Below, one piece after another: positions 51,679-60,923 of a stretch of DNA of 64,000 nucleotides. This DNA is from a bacterium (GTDB lineage: Bacteria; Vulcanimicrobiota; Vulcanimicrobiia; Vulcanimicrobiales; SCRA01). The stretch is from contig SCRA01000044.1 in NCBI GenBank assembly GCA_004297985.1, positions 78,262 through 142,261 of the forward strand. Reading direction: 5' to 3'. The notes under the pieces were generated by a model. That model made no database searches, was not told the origin of the DNA, and saw only the letters and a list, made by a program, of their open reading frames with translations. Both the position numbers and the translations under genes were made by a program. Within the stretch, counting starts at the first letter, position 1; the number at the start of each line of letters is the position of its first letter.

Positions 51679-53346
51679 CTAGGCGATCGACGAGCGGCGC
51701 AGACGGCGCTCGAACTCGCTGGGCTGCGCCCCCGCATAGGCGATCGCCGCGCGGACGAAGTGATCGTAGAGCGGCGCTGGCTTGGTGGGCCGCGACTTGA
51801 ACTCCGGGTGTGCCTGCGTCCCCAGGAACCACGGGTGAACGCTCCGCGGCAGCTCGATCATCTCCACGAGCTGCTGGGTCTCGCTGACGCGGTGGAAGCC
51901 GCTGAAGATCAAGCCCTTGGCGGCGAGCTGCTCGCGATACTTGTTGTTGAACTCATAGCGGTGGCGATGGCGCTCGCTGATGTGCAACTCGCCGTAGGCC
52001 GCCGCAGCCAGCGTCCCAGGCACCAGATCGCAACTGTAAGTTCCGAGGCGCATCGTTCCGCCCATCACCTGCAGGTTGCGCTGCGAGGGAAGAAAGTCGA
52101 TCACGGGGTCGGGAGTGGTCTCATCGACCTCGCTGCTCATAGCATGCGCCAGGCCGGCCACGTTCCGAGCGTACTCGACGCAGGCGAGCTGCATGCCGTA
52201 GCAGATGCCGAGGAATGGGACGCGCCGCTCGCGCGCATACTGCACGGCGGCCAGCTTCCCCTTGACGCCGCGCGCGCCGAAGCCGGGCGCCACGAGAATG
52301 CCTCCCACGTCGTCTAAGACTGCCAAGCCCTCGCTCTCGATACGCTCGGAGTCGATGCGCCGGATCTCCACGTCGGTCCCGTTGGCGAAGCCGGCGTGGT
52401 AGAGGGCCTCGTTGATCGAGATATAGGCGTCCTTGAGCTCGACGTATTTCCCAACCAGCGCGATCGTCACGCGCCCCGTGGGATGGAGGACACGCGCGAC
52501 CATCTCCTCCCACGCACGCATGTCGCGCTCGCTGGTCTCCAGCCGTAACTTGCGCACCGCGATATCGGCCAGCCCCTCCTCTTCGAGATTGAGCGGTACT
52601 TGATAGATGGTCGGTGCGTCGACGTTCTGCACCACGGCGCTCACGGCGACATCGCAGAAGAGCGCAATCTTCTCCTTGAGCTCCGTGGTGATCGGAAAGC
52701 CCGAGCCCGTGCGGCAGACGATGGCGTCGGGCTGGATACCGATCGCCCGCAGCTCGCGCACGCTGTGCTGGGTGGGTTTGGTCTTCAGCTCGTCGGCGGC
52801 GCCCAAGTGGGGGACGAGCGTCAGGTGGATGCACATGACGTTCTCATCGCCCAGCTCGTGCTTGAGCTGGCGAATCGCTTCGAGGAAGGGCAGCGACTCG
52901 ATGTCGCCGACCGTCCCGCCGACTTCGACGATGCAGACCTCGGCGCCGGAACTCTCCGCCACGCGGCGGATCTGCGCCTTGATCTCCATGGTGATATGCG
53001 GAATGACCTGGACGGTCGCGCCGAGGTAGTGTCCCTGGCGCTCCTTCTCGATCACGCTGGCGTAGATCTGGCCGGTGGTGACGTTGTTGACGCGCGTCAG
53101 GTCTTCGTCGACGAAGCGCTCGTAGTGCCCCAGGTCCAAGTCCGTCTCGGCGCCGTCCTCGGTCACGAAGACTTCGCCGTGCTGGTACGGGTTCATGGTG
53201 CCCGCGTCGACGTTGATGTACGGATCCAGCTTCTGGATCGAGACGCGTATGCCGCGGCTCTTCAGCAGGCGCCCCAGCGAAGCCGCGGCGATCCCCTTGC
53301 CCAGCGAACTGACCACGCCGCCTGTAAAGAAAACATACTTAGCCAC
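51679..53346 (-). CDS. pyrG: CTP synthase
   Basis: [59 protein letters not shown] and the glutaminase domain GICYGMQLA. Start set to GTG 53346. The 747-aa ORF-track entry carries about 190 spurious N-terminal codons. Confidence 0.95.
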   Translation of the reverse strand: MAKYVFFTGGVVSSLGKGIAAASLGRLLKSRGIRVSIQKLDPYINVDAGTMNPYQHGEVFVTEDGAETDLDLGHYERFVDEDLTRVNNVTTGQIYASVIEKERQGHYLGATVQVIPHITMEIKAQIRRVAESSGAEVCIVEVGGTVGDIESLPFLEAIRQLKHELGDENVMCIHLTLVPHLGAADELKTKPTQHSVRELRAIGIQPDAIVCRTGSGFPITTELKEKIALFCDVAVSAVVQNVDAPTIYQVPLNLEEEGLADIAVRKLRLETSERDMRAWEEMVARVLHPTGRVTIALVGKYVELKDAYISINEALYHAGFANGTDVEIRRIDSERIESEGLAVLDDVGGILVAPGFGARGVKGKLAAVQYARERRVPFLGICYGMQLACVEYARNVAGLAHAMSSEVDETTPDPVIDFLPSQRNLQVMGGTMRLGTYSCDLVPGTLAAAAYGELHISERHRHRYEFNNKYREQLAAKGLIFSGFHRVSETQQLVEMIELPRSVHPWFLGTQAHPEFKSRPTKPAPLYDHFVRAAIAYAGAQPSEFERRLRRSSIA

Positions 53347-53405
53347 CAGACGCGCTCCATATCTCAACTCGATCGACGGCGTGCTCGCGCAACAACCCGC
53401 GCCGT

Positions 53406-54326
53406 TTAGGCGTGACTCGAGGACGGCTCGCTCTGGGTTGTCGAGTTTCGTGATGCGCTGCCCAGCTCCCTGGTGAGCACGCACACCACGCGCGCCCGCC
53501 CGCCGTAATCGATCACGATCTCCACCTCGGCGCCCGCGAAGGCGCTGCGCGCGAGGGAGGCCAGGCCGTCGATGGTCGGCGGTGCCGCCTCCATCAAGAC
53601 CACGCCGCCGGCACGCAGCATACGGGGCAGTGCAGGCAGCAGGCGCCGGTAGAGGACCAGTCCGTCGCCGCCGCCGTCGAGTGCGAAGCGCGGCTCGTAG
53701 GCGGCAGACTCGGGGATCTGCGGCAAATCGCCGGTCGGAACATAGGGCAAGTTGGCGAGTACCACGTCGAACGGCGCGTGGACGGCGGCGGCCTCGTGGA
53801 GCTCGCCGGCCAGCAGCGTCACGCGCTCCGCGACGCCGTGGCGCAGGGCGTTGGTGCGCGCGAGCGCAAGTGCCTCGTTCGAGCGGTCGGTTGCCATCAC
53901 GCGCACGCGCGGACGCTCGCACGCGACCGTCACCGCGATGGCCCCACTTCCCGTGCCCACGTCCAACACGCGCAACACCGCGTCGCCGGGCGCCAAGCGG
54001 TCGATCTCGGCCAGCGCGCGTTCCACCAGATGCTCCGTCTCGGGGCGCGGCACGAGCACGCCCGAATGAACGGTGAACTCGCGGCCGTAGAAGCCTGCGG
54101 ACTGGATGAGGTAGGCCACGGGCACACCTTCGCCGCGCCGCTTGGCCAAACGCCGGAAATGGGCGTACTCGTTGCGCGGGAGCTCGGCGTCACCGTGAGC
54201 CAGCAGCCACGGGCGCTCGCGCTTGAGGACGTGTGACATCAGGAGTTGGGCGTCAAGCAGCGGTGAATCGCTGCTCCTGCTCAGACGCTCCGAGGCGGAT
54301 GCGATCGCATCGGCGATGGTGGCCAC
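53406..54326 (-). CDS. prmC: Release-factor glutamine methyltransferase PrmC (HemK)
   Basis: [55 protein letters not shown]. The catalytic tetrad reads NLPY instead of the usual NPPY. Follows prfA by 5 nt. Confidence 0.85.
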   Translation of the reverse strand: MATIADAIASASERLSRSSDSPLLDAQLLMSHVLKRERPWLLAHGDAELPRNEYAHFRRLAKRRGEGVPVAYLIQSAGFYGREFTVHSGVLVPRPETEHLVERALAEIDRLAPGDAVLRVLDVGTGSGAIAVTVACERPRVRVMATDRSNEALALARTNALRHGVAERVTLLAGELHEAAAVHAPFDVVLANLPYVPTGDLPQIPESAAYEPRFALDGGGDGLVLYRRLLPALPRMLRAGGVVLMEAAPPTIDGLASLARSAFAGAEVEIVIDYGGRARVVCVLTRELGSASRNSTTQSEPSSSHA

Positions 54327-54331
54327 GGGGA

Positions 54332-55420
54332 TTATGCGGCTGGGTGGTCGCCGGCGGCAAGGAGTTCGGCTTGCTCGTGCTGCCAGAGTTGCTCCACGAT
54401 CTTGCCCATATCACCCTCCATAACGCCCCGAATATTACCGAAGTTCTGGTTGAGCCGGTGGTCGGTGATGCGATCCTGCGGAAAATTATAGGTGCGAATC
54501 TTCTCGGAGCGCTCACCCGTCCCCACTTGACTGCGCCGCAGCGTGCTCCGCTCCTCCTGTTGCTCCCGAATCTTGCGATCGAGCAGAGCGGCGCGCAGCA
54601 TCCCCATGGCGCGCTCGCGGTTCTGTAACTGCGATCGCTCTTCTTGACAGGCCACGACGATCCCCGTGGGGACGTGGGTGATGCGGATCGCCGATTCGGT
54701 CTTGTTGACGTGCTGGCCGCCTGCTCCCGAGCTCTTGTAGGTATCGATCTGGAGATCGCGCGAGTTGATCTCGACGTCCACCTCGTCCGCCTCGGGCATC
54801 ACGGCCACCGTGGCCGTCGAGGTGTGGACGCGCCCCTGCGACTCGGTGGCGGGGACTCGCTGCACGCGGTGAACTCCCGACTCGAACTTGAAGTGGCGAT
54901 ACGCGCCCTTGCCGTTGACGGCGAAGACGGCTTCCTTGTAGCCGCCGGCGTCGGCCTCGGAGATGGAGAGCAGCTCCACGCGGTAGTTCAGGCTCTCGGC
55001 GTAGCGCATGTACATGCGCGCCAGCTCCGAGGCGAAGAGCGCCGCCTCCTCACCGCCGGTGCCGGCCCGCACCTCGACGAAGATGCTCTTCTCGTCGTAC
55101 GGATCCTTGGGCAGCAGCAGCAGCCGCAGCTCCTCATGGAGCGCGGCGATCCGTCCTTCGAGCTCCTGCACTTCGGCCTGTGCCAGCTCGCGCATCTCGG
55201 TATCGGCGGTCAGCGCATGAGCATCCGCAAGCTGACGCGAGAGCGCCTCGAGGCGCCGGTACGCCTCGACCGGCTGCTCTAGCGTGGCACGCTCCTTGGT
55301 AAGCGCGATCAGGCGCCCTTGATCGAAGGCCGCGCCGGGCTCCGCCAGCTCCGCGTCGATCTCGGCAAGCCGCGATTCCATGCCGGCCAGTCGCGTGAAG
55401 ATTCCCTGCTGCTCTATCAT
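54332..55420 (-). CDS. prfA: Peptide chain release factor 1
   Basis: VPATESQGRVHTSTATVAV (PxT-type tripeptide region), SGAGGQHVNKTESAIRITH (GGQ motif). Start at ATG 55420 (MIEQQGIFTRL...). Confidence 0.95.
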   Translation of the reverse strand: MIEQQGIFTRLAGMESRLAEIDAELAEPGAAFDQGRLIALTKERATLEQPVEAYRRLEALSRQLADAHALTADTEMRELAQAEVQELEGRIAALHEELRLLLLPKDPYDEKSIFVEVRAGTGGEEAALFASELARMYMRYAESLNYRVELLSISEADAGGYKEAVFAVNGKGAYRHFKFESGVHRVQRVPATESQGRVHTSTATVAVMPEADEVDVEINSRDLQIDTYKSSGAGGQHVNKTESAIRITHVPTGIVVACQEERSQLQNRERAMGMLRAALLDRKIREQQEERSTLRRSQVGTGERSEKIRTYNFPQDRITDHRLNQNFGNIRGVMEGDMGKIVEQLWQHEQAELLAAGDHPAA

Positions 55421-55474
55421 GCAAACAAAAGCGGGTACGCTTGCGCGAACCCGCTCCCACATCGTGGCACCGTG

Positions 55475-55744
55475 CTAGACGTTAGCCGCCGCAGCCTCCG
55501 CCTTCTTCTCCTTGCGGGCCTTGGCCTCAGCCTGCTTGGCCTGAGCCTTCGCCACCTTCTGGTTGAACTTGTCGACGCGACCGGCGGTATCGACGAATTT
55601 CTGCGTGCCCGTGTAGAACGGGTGGCAGTTGCTGCAGATCTCGACGCTGATGTCGCCGCGCGTCGAGCCCGCAGTAAACGTGTTGCCGCAAGCGCAGTGA
55701 ACGCGCGCCTCGCCATGCCACGCCGGATGAATCTTCTCTTTCAC
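55475..55744 (-). CDS. rpmE: 50S ribosomal protein L31 with Lys/Ala-rich C-terminal extension
   Basis: (M)[59 protein letters not shown], then [29 protein letters not shown]. Start at GTG 55744. Confidence 0.9.
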   Translation of the reverse strand: MKEKIHPAWHGEARVHCACGNTFTAGSTRGDISVEICSNCHPFYTGTQKFVDTAGRVDKFNQKVAKAQAKQAEAKARKEKKAEAAAANV

Positions 55745-55896
55745 GATGTCCTCTAGCACGTGCCCGGCGACCGCGCGCGGGACTCGACTCCCGCCCGTAT
55801 GGCGACGGATGCACGCAAAACAGTATAGCATGGGGCCGCAATGCCCCCGTACGAAGCAGGCAGGCCGCTCTGCCGAGGACGCGAAGCACCCTGCCC

Positions 55897-56418
55897 ATGT
55901 TTCGACCGCGCCTCCTGCTCGCGCTCCTGCTCACTGGGGCAGCCGCACTAACGTTCGCCCAAGCCCGCGCCGCCGGGCCGACCGCTCCACCGCCGGCCGC
56001 CGCAACGGCCGTGGCGACGCCCACGCCCACACCGGGGGTCTCGCTCGACCTCTCCGGCATCGCCACCACCGACGTGAGCGGCGTATGGGAGGTAGCACAC
56101 GAGGACGACTCGGGGCGCACCAGCTACACGCACTTGCGCATCCATCAGAAGGGGGCCGTCTTGACGGGCGACTGGCTCGCCATCAACGGGAAGGCCTACC
56201 CGGCCGCCGGCAGCGTCGATGGCAATACCATGAAAATGGAGATCCAAGGCCCCGATGGCACCATCGCCGTCCAGGCCCAGCTCGACCCGCCGGCCAACAT
56301 GGTGGGCCTCTTCGTCGAGCCGAGCGGCAAGCGCATGGTCTTCACCGCCAATAACCAGGCGAAATACACCCCCGCGCCCGAGTCCTCGGACAACGGAGAA
56401 GTCGCCCCGCCTCACTAG
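55897..56418 (+). CDS. Secreted hypothetical protein
   Basis: Signal peptide [25 protein letters not shown], a Pro/Ala/Thr-rich linker, then a beta-rich body of about 110 aa. No family recognised. Confidence 0.55.
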   Translation: MFRPRLLLALLLTGAAALTFAQARAAGPTAPPPAAATAVATPTPTPGVSLDLSGIATTDVSGVWEVAHEDDSGRTSYTHLRIHQKGAVLTGDWLAINGKAYPAAGSVDGNTMKMEIQGPDGTIAVQAQLDPPANMVGLFVEPSGKRMVFTANNQAKYTPAPESSDNGEVAPPH

Positions 56419-56422
56419 GAGT

Positions 56423-56935
56423 CTATCGGGACTGCGCGGCGGCGCGCTCGCGGAGCCGCTGCTCCACGTAGGGACGCAGGCCGCCGGCGTCGACCAAGGC
56501 GCGCATGAACGGCGGCAGCGCTTGCGCCGTGTAGCTCGTGCCCTTGGTGAGATTCTCGATCAGCCCCGTGGCGGGGTCGACGCGTATATCGTCGCCGGCC
56601 TCGATTCCGTCCACCGCCTCCGGGCACTCGAAGACGGGGAGGCCGATGTTGAGTGAGTTGCGATAGAAGATGCGCGCGAAGCTCTTGGCGATGACCGCCG
56701 AGACGCCCGCGCCCTTGATGGCGATCGGTGCATGCTCACGCGAGGAGCCGCAGCCGAAGTTGCTCTGAGCGACGATGAAATCGCCGAGCTTCATGCGCGA
56801 GACGAACTCCTTATCGAGATCCTCCAGCGCGTGCTTGCCTAATTCCACCGGGTCGGTCAAGTTGCAGTAGCGGCCGGGGATGATGACGTCGGTGTCAACG
56901 TTCTTGCCGTACGTGTGCGCGTGTCCTTGCAGCAT
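56423..56935 (-). CDS. leuD: Aconitase-family dehydratase small subunit (LeuD / HacB type)
   Basis: GKNVDTDVIIPGRYCNLTDP, NFGCGSSREHAPIAIKGAGVSAVIAKSFARIFYRNSLNIGLP. The substrate-loop residues (RYCNL) match neither textbook LeuD nor HacB, so specificity is left open. Confidence 0.8.
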   Translation of the reverse strand: MLQGHAHTYGKNVDTDVIIPGRYCNLTDPVELGKHALEDLDKEFVSRMKLGDFIVAQSNFGCGSSREHAPIAIKGAGVSAVIAKSFARIFYRNSLNIGLPVFECPEAVDGIEAGDDIRVDPATGLIENLTKGTSYTAQALPPFMRALVDAGGLRPYVEQRLRERAAAQSR

Positions 56936-56944
56936 GCTCTTCTC

Positions 56945-58231
56945 CTAGACGGCGACCGGCTCGAGCGGAAGGGATCGCGGATCGGTGATCCGGCCGGTCA
57001 GAGCGCTTGCCGCGCAGGTGGCCGGCGACGCCAAGTAGATCGACGCCTTGGGCGATCCCATGCGCCCGACGAAATTGCGGTTGGTGGTCGAGATGCAGAT
57101 CTCGCCTTCGCCAAGCGTCCCCATGTGGCCGCCGAAGCAGGCGCCGCAGCCCGGCGTGTTGACCGCGCATCCCGCCGAGGCCAAGAGGCCGAGGATGCCC
57201 TCCTCAGCGGCTTGGATGTAGACTTTCTGCGAGCCGGGGTTGACGATCACGCGTACGCTCTCCGCGACGCGCTTGCCCTTGAGGATGTTCGCCACTTCGC
57301 GCAGATCTTCGATGCGCCCGTTGGTGCAGGAGCCGATGAAGACCTGATCGACCTTTACGCCTTCGCACTGCGTGACGGGCACCGTGTTCTCCGGCGAGTG
57401 CGGCATCGCCACCGTTGGAACCAACGCACCGGCATCGATCTCCACGATCCGCTCGTAGCGTGCGTCGGGATCGCTGAAGACGGGCTCGAAGGCGCGATCG
57501 GTCCGCTCGCGCACGTATGCGAACGTCTTCTCGTCGGGCGGGATGATGCCGTTCTTTGCGCCGGCTTCCACGGCCATGTTGGCCATCGTCAGGCGGCCGG
57601 TGATCGACATGGCATCGATCGTCTCTCCGGTGAACTCGATGGCCTGATAGGTGGCGCCGTCGATGCCGCCGAGCATGCGGATGGTGTGCAGCATCAGGTC
57701 CTTCGCATAGACGAAGGGCTGGAGCGCGCCGTGGTAGATCACCTTCACGCTCTGCGGTACCTTGAGCCAGACTTCGCCCAGGCAGAACGCAGCGGAGATA
57801 TCCGTCGACCCCATGCCGGTGGCGAAGGCGCCGAGCGCGCCGTAGGTGCACGTGTGCGAGTCGCCGCCGACGATCAGCTCACCGGGAGCGATCAAGCCTT
57901 CCTCGGGGAGCACCACGTGTTCGATGCCGCCCTTGCCCACGTCGAAGGCGTGCTTGACGCCCTGCTCGTGCGCCCACTGCATCATGCTCGAGGCGATCTC
58001 GGCGCTGCGGGGATCCTTCGCGGGAACGAAGTGGTCGGCCACCAGCGCGATCTTGTCGGGATCGAACACACGCCCCGCGCCCTCGACGCGGTGGAACTCC
58101 TTGATGGCGACGGCGGCGGAGAGCTCGTTGGCCAAGACCAAGTCGACCTTAGCGTTGATGATCTCGCCGGGGCTGACCCCGTCGACGCCGGCGTGTTTGG
58201 CGAGGATCTTCTCGGTGATCGTCATGCCCAT
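56945..58231 (-). CDS. leuC: Aconitase-family dehydratase large subunit (archaeal-type LeuC / HacA, about 420 aa)
   Basis: MTITEKILAKHAG, DLVLANE, GDSHTCTYGALGAFATGMGSTD, FIGSCTNGRIEDL, PGCGACFGGH (cluster-ligand cysteines). Start ATG 58231 or 58225; the ORF track uses GTG 58246. Confidence 0.85.
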   Translation of the reverse strand: MGMTITEKILAKHAGVDGVSPGEIINAKVDLVLANELSAAVAIKEFHRVEGAGRVFDPDKIALVADHFVPAKDPRSAEIASSMMQWAHEQGVKHAFDVGKGGIEHVVLPEEGLIAPGELIVGGDSHTCTYGALGAFATGMGSTDISAAFCLGEVWLKVPQSVKVIYHGALQPFVYAKDLMLHTIRMLGGIDGATYQAIEFTGETIDAMSITGRLTMANMAVEAGAKNGIIPPDEKTFAYVRERTDRAFEPVFSDPDARYERIVEIDAGALVPTVAMPHSPENTVPVTQCEGVKVDQVFIGSCTNGRIEDLREVANILKGKRVAESVRVIVNPGSQKVYIQAAEEGILGLLASAGCAVNTPGCGACFGGHMGTLGEGEICISTTNRNFVGRMGSPKASIYLASPATCAASALTGRITDPRSLPLEPVAV

Positions 58232-58303
58232 TGCATTCTTCCCCACTCACATTCGTTCGTGGGGACCCCTTTCGCTTGAAAGGTTCCGAGGCACTCGCCC
58301 CGG
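58229..58303 (-). promoter_or_regulatory. Structured 5' leader of leuCD (copy B of the element also found after tRNA-Ser(GGA))
   Basis: The minus strand reads CCGGGGC-GAGU-GCCUCGG hairpin, AACCUUUCAAGCGAAAGG, GGGGUCCCC, then a CCCCAC (58264-58259) ... GUGGGG (58246-58241) helix. Its 3' strand overlaps the GGGGAAG SD-like sequence just before the leuC ATG. Confidence 0.5.
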
Positions 58304-58405
58304 CTCTAACCTCACGCACCCCACGCTTCGCTCGTACAAGGAGACGCTACCGCTTGCGGGGCGACTTTTCCTTTCTCCGGTAAGGCGTTCCGGTATTCGG
58401 ATCGA

Positions 58406-59194
58406 CTACCACAGGCGGTAGCATCCGCCGCGTTCAGCAAGCTCGACGTCGATCCCGAAGAGCTGGGCCATGCGCGCCTCCGTCAGCATCTCCCGCTTGG
58501 GACCGTCGCCGGCGATGCGCCCCCTGTTCAGCAGCACCACGCGATCGATCTCCTGGACGACGTCGGAGAGCTGGTGCGTCACCAGCACGATCCCCAGCCC
58601 CGAGCGCGCCAGCGCCCCCATGATGGCGCCCAGCTCGCGCTGCGCGGAGAGGTCGAGGCTGGTGCTGGGCTCATCGAAGAGCAGAGCTCGCGGCTGGTGC
58701 ACCAAGGCGCGTGCGATCAGCACGCGGCGCCCTTCGCCCGAAGACATCTCCCCTAGCGGACGTTGCGCCAAGTAGCCGGCGTCGAGGCGCTCGAGCGCCG
58801 CCAGCGCCTGCGCGCGCATCTCGCCGGAGATATCGACGCGCGCTCCCACGCCCACGCTGGCGAAGAATCCAGAGAGCACCGCCTCCAGGCCCGTCACGCT
58901 CTCGCGCTGCGCCGCCGCCAGATCGTTGGAGACGATCCCCAAGAGCGTACGCAGCTCGAAGACGTTCCAGCGCTCCAATCCGAAGATCGAGATGTGAGAC
59001 TCGGCGCACGCCAGCGGGTAGCATTCGCGCGTGATCGTCTTGATCAGCGTCGACTTTCCGCTTCCGTTGGGCCCCAGAACGGCGACCCGCTCGCCGTCGT
59101 CGATGCGCAGCGTCAGATCGTTCAACGCCAGATGGCGCCCACGCATGACCGAGATGCGGCGCAGATCGATGAGTGCCGGAGCGTACGATGCCAT
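58406..59194 (-). CDS. Stand-alone ABC-type ATPase (ModF/YlmA-like), no adjacent permease
   Basis: Walker A GPNGSGKST, signature MSSGEGRRVLIARAL, Walker B LLFDEPSTSLD, H-loop VLVTHQ. Confidence 0.85.
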   Translation of the reverse strand: MASYAPALIDLRRISVMRGRHLALNDLTLRIDDGERVAVLGPNGSGKSTLIKTITRECYPLACAESHISIFGLERWNVFELRTLLGIVSNDLAAAQRESVTGLEAVLSGFFASVGVGARVDISGEMRAQALAALERLDAGYLAQRPLGEMSSGEGRRVLIARALVHQPRALLFDEPSTSLDLSAQRELGAIMGALARSGLGIVLVTHQLSDVVQEIDRVVLLNRGRIAGDGPKREMLTEARMAQLFGIDVELAERGGCYRLW

Positions 59195-59275
59195 GGTCGC
59201 CCCTGATACGCGATCGAGCCGCGATCCACCGCTCCGCTCCGCGAAAGACGTGCGCGATCTTGCCGGCGGTGGACC

Positions 59276-60424
59276 CTACGGCCAGGGGATGGCCGTCGTC
59301 ACGAGCGCACGCCATGCCGGCGGCGCCGTCGCGCCGATCGGGACGTCGCGTTCCACCAGCAGGCGCAGGTGCGGCGTCAGCATCAACGCCCCCGTCAACG
59401 CGGCGGAGCGCTGCTGCGTCGGGTTGGCGATCGCATCGTAGCGCAGCGAGAGATACCCGTGGGGCCCCGGGCGATAGAGCATCATGGCATAACCGCCCGA
59501 TGAGCCCAATGGCGAGCCGTGGCCGTCCACATCGCTATCGTGGCCGAAGATCTGCTCCCCCCAGAGCTCCCACTTCCCGCGCGCCGCGCTCAGCGTCACG
59601 CCATCACGCCGGTAGGTATCGGAGAAATCGGCGGCGCCCTGCGGCGCAATCGTGCGTACCCCGCCCACGTGCTCGACACCCAGCGTCAGCACGCCGATAT
59701 CGCGCCTCACGAAGAGTGCGAGCTCCGGCGCTCCCGGGCGCGTGGTGTAGCCCAGCGGCAGCGGAGCCCCACCGTAGGCTGCGCCATGGAACTCACCGTG
59801 GTCGACCGCGGCGGCCAGGTACCACGGCCCGGAGCGGCGCTCCGCCTCGACGCCCAGCCGCGGCTGTTGGAGCGCCAAGTCGTCGTGGCCAGCCGTCATC
59901 GCGTAGATCGAGAACGGCGTTGCCGCTATCAAGCGCTGCTGCGGCGACTGTTGCAGGGGCAGCTCGAAGAGCCCCGCGCGGTAGAGCATGCCGCTGCGCT
60001 CGTCGTAGGTGGAGAGATAGCCCAGGAAGAGCCCCGCGGGGCCGCCGCCTGCGCCGAGGTTCTCGTGGACGAAGGCTTCGACGTGTCCCAGCTCCGCGGC
60101 CCCCAGCACGATGCCGCCGCCGGTCGTACGCCGTGTATCGGGCGGCGCGACGTTGCTCTGATACATCTCCTGGTAGCGCAGGGCGATCGGGATCGTCGCG
60201 CGTTTGGGGAGCGAGAGCCGGTATCCGTGCTCGCGGAAGGCACGCCCGAACGCGTTGAGCTCCGGCAGCACGGAGTGGCAGGTCGTGCACGAAAGCCCGT
60301 AGCGTTCGGCGAAGATCGGCACGGCGGAGGCCGGTGTGCGCACCATGCTGAACGCCGCGCATGCCAGCGTCGCGACAAGCACGGCCTCGACCGCACGCGA
60401 GCGATTACTTGACAACGATCGCAC
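59276..60424 (-). CDS. Secreted protein with N-terminal CxxCH heme-binding motif and a beta-strand-rich body (fused cytochrome-porin-like; hypothesis)
   Basis: Signal peptide ending PASA. FAERYGLSCTTCHSVLPELNAFGRAFREHGY, with C46-T-T-C49-H50 (nt 60289-60275), lies 12 residues into the mature protein. The remaining 320 aa or so are Gly/aromatic-rich with alternating-polarity stretches (GYLSLRYDAIA, LMLTPHLRLLVER). Overlaps the cupredoxin gene by 20 nt. Confidence 0.6.
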   Translation of the reverse strand: MRSLSSNRSRAVEAVLVATLACAAFSMVRTPASAVPIFAERYGLSCTTCHSVLPELNAFGRAFREHGYRLSLPKRATIPIALRYQEMYQSNVAPPDTRRTTGGGIVLGAAELGHVEAFVHENLGAGGGPAGLFLGYLSTYDERSGMLYRAGLFELPLQQSPQQRLIAATPFSIYAMTAGHDDLALQQPRLGVEAERRSGPWYLAAAVDHGEFHGAAYGGAPLPLGYTTRPGAPELALFVRRDIGVLTLGVEHVGGVRTIAPQGAADFSDTYRRDGVTLSAARGKWELWGEQIFGHDSDVDGHGSPLGSSGGYAMMLYRPGPHGYLSLRYDAIANPTQQRSAALTGALMLTPHLRLLVERDVPIGATAPPAWRALVTTAIPWP

Positions 60425-60878
60425 CTCTCATCGGTGTCCCGTAGTGAAAGAAACAGCCGTAGAGATAGATTCCCGGGGCATCGGCCGTCAGCGGCTGCGA
60501 CGCCGCGCCGGGCTGCAGCTGACCGCTGCTCCATCCCGCATCGCTCAACCGCGTGCCGCTGGGCTGGAGCGCCGCGACCGTGAACGGGCTGGCGGCTGGA
60601 AACGCCGTGCCCGCGATGCCGCTGGCAGTGTGCGGAAAGCTCTCGCTATTGTGGAAGACGATCACCGCCCCCACGGCCACCGAGCTGGGGTTGGGTGCAT
60701 ACCCGGCCAACGCGCCGAAGGTGCCGGCCAAGGGCGGGTTGCTGCCGAGATTGACGTCCACGCGTTGTACCGGCACACCCGGCGGCAGGGCACCGCCGCT
60801 CGCGGCCACCGAGGCCGCATTCGGCGTACAGCCGGCGACGACGGCAAGCGTCGAAAGCGTCAACAGCAGGCGGTTCAT
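60405..60878 (-). CDS. Cupredoxin (plastocyanin/azurin-like type-1 copper) lipoprotein
   Basis: Lipobox LAVVAGC (C17). Type-1 copper ligand pattern FHNSESFPHT ... YGCFFHYGTPMRGAIVV (C142-x2-H145-x4-M150), identical in spacing to plastocyanin. Confidence 0.8.
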   Translation of the reverse strand: MNRLLLTLSTLAVVAGCTPNAASVAASGGALPPGVPVQRVDVNLGSNPPLAGTFGALAGYAPNPSSVAVGAVIVFHNSESFPHTASGIAGTAFPAASPFTVAALQPSGTRLSDAGWSSGQLQPGAASQPLTADAPGIYLYGCFFHYGTPMRGAIVVK

Positions 60879-60923
60879 GCCGGGAGCCTAGCGAGGAATC
60901 CTGAGCGGTTGCTGTATCGTGCC

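Noticed and set aside
58304-58405. T-box leader or leucine leader-peptide attenuator upstream of leuCD.
   Set aside because: No T-box consensus (GGGUGGUACCGCG-like) and no specifier-loop/GA-motif arrangement could be found. There is no short ORF rich in Leu codons. The only upstream ATG in the leader is followed at once by TGA.
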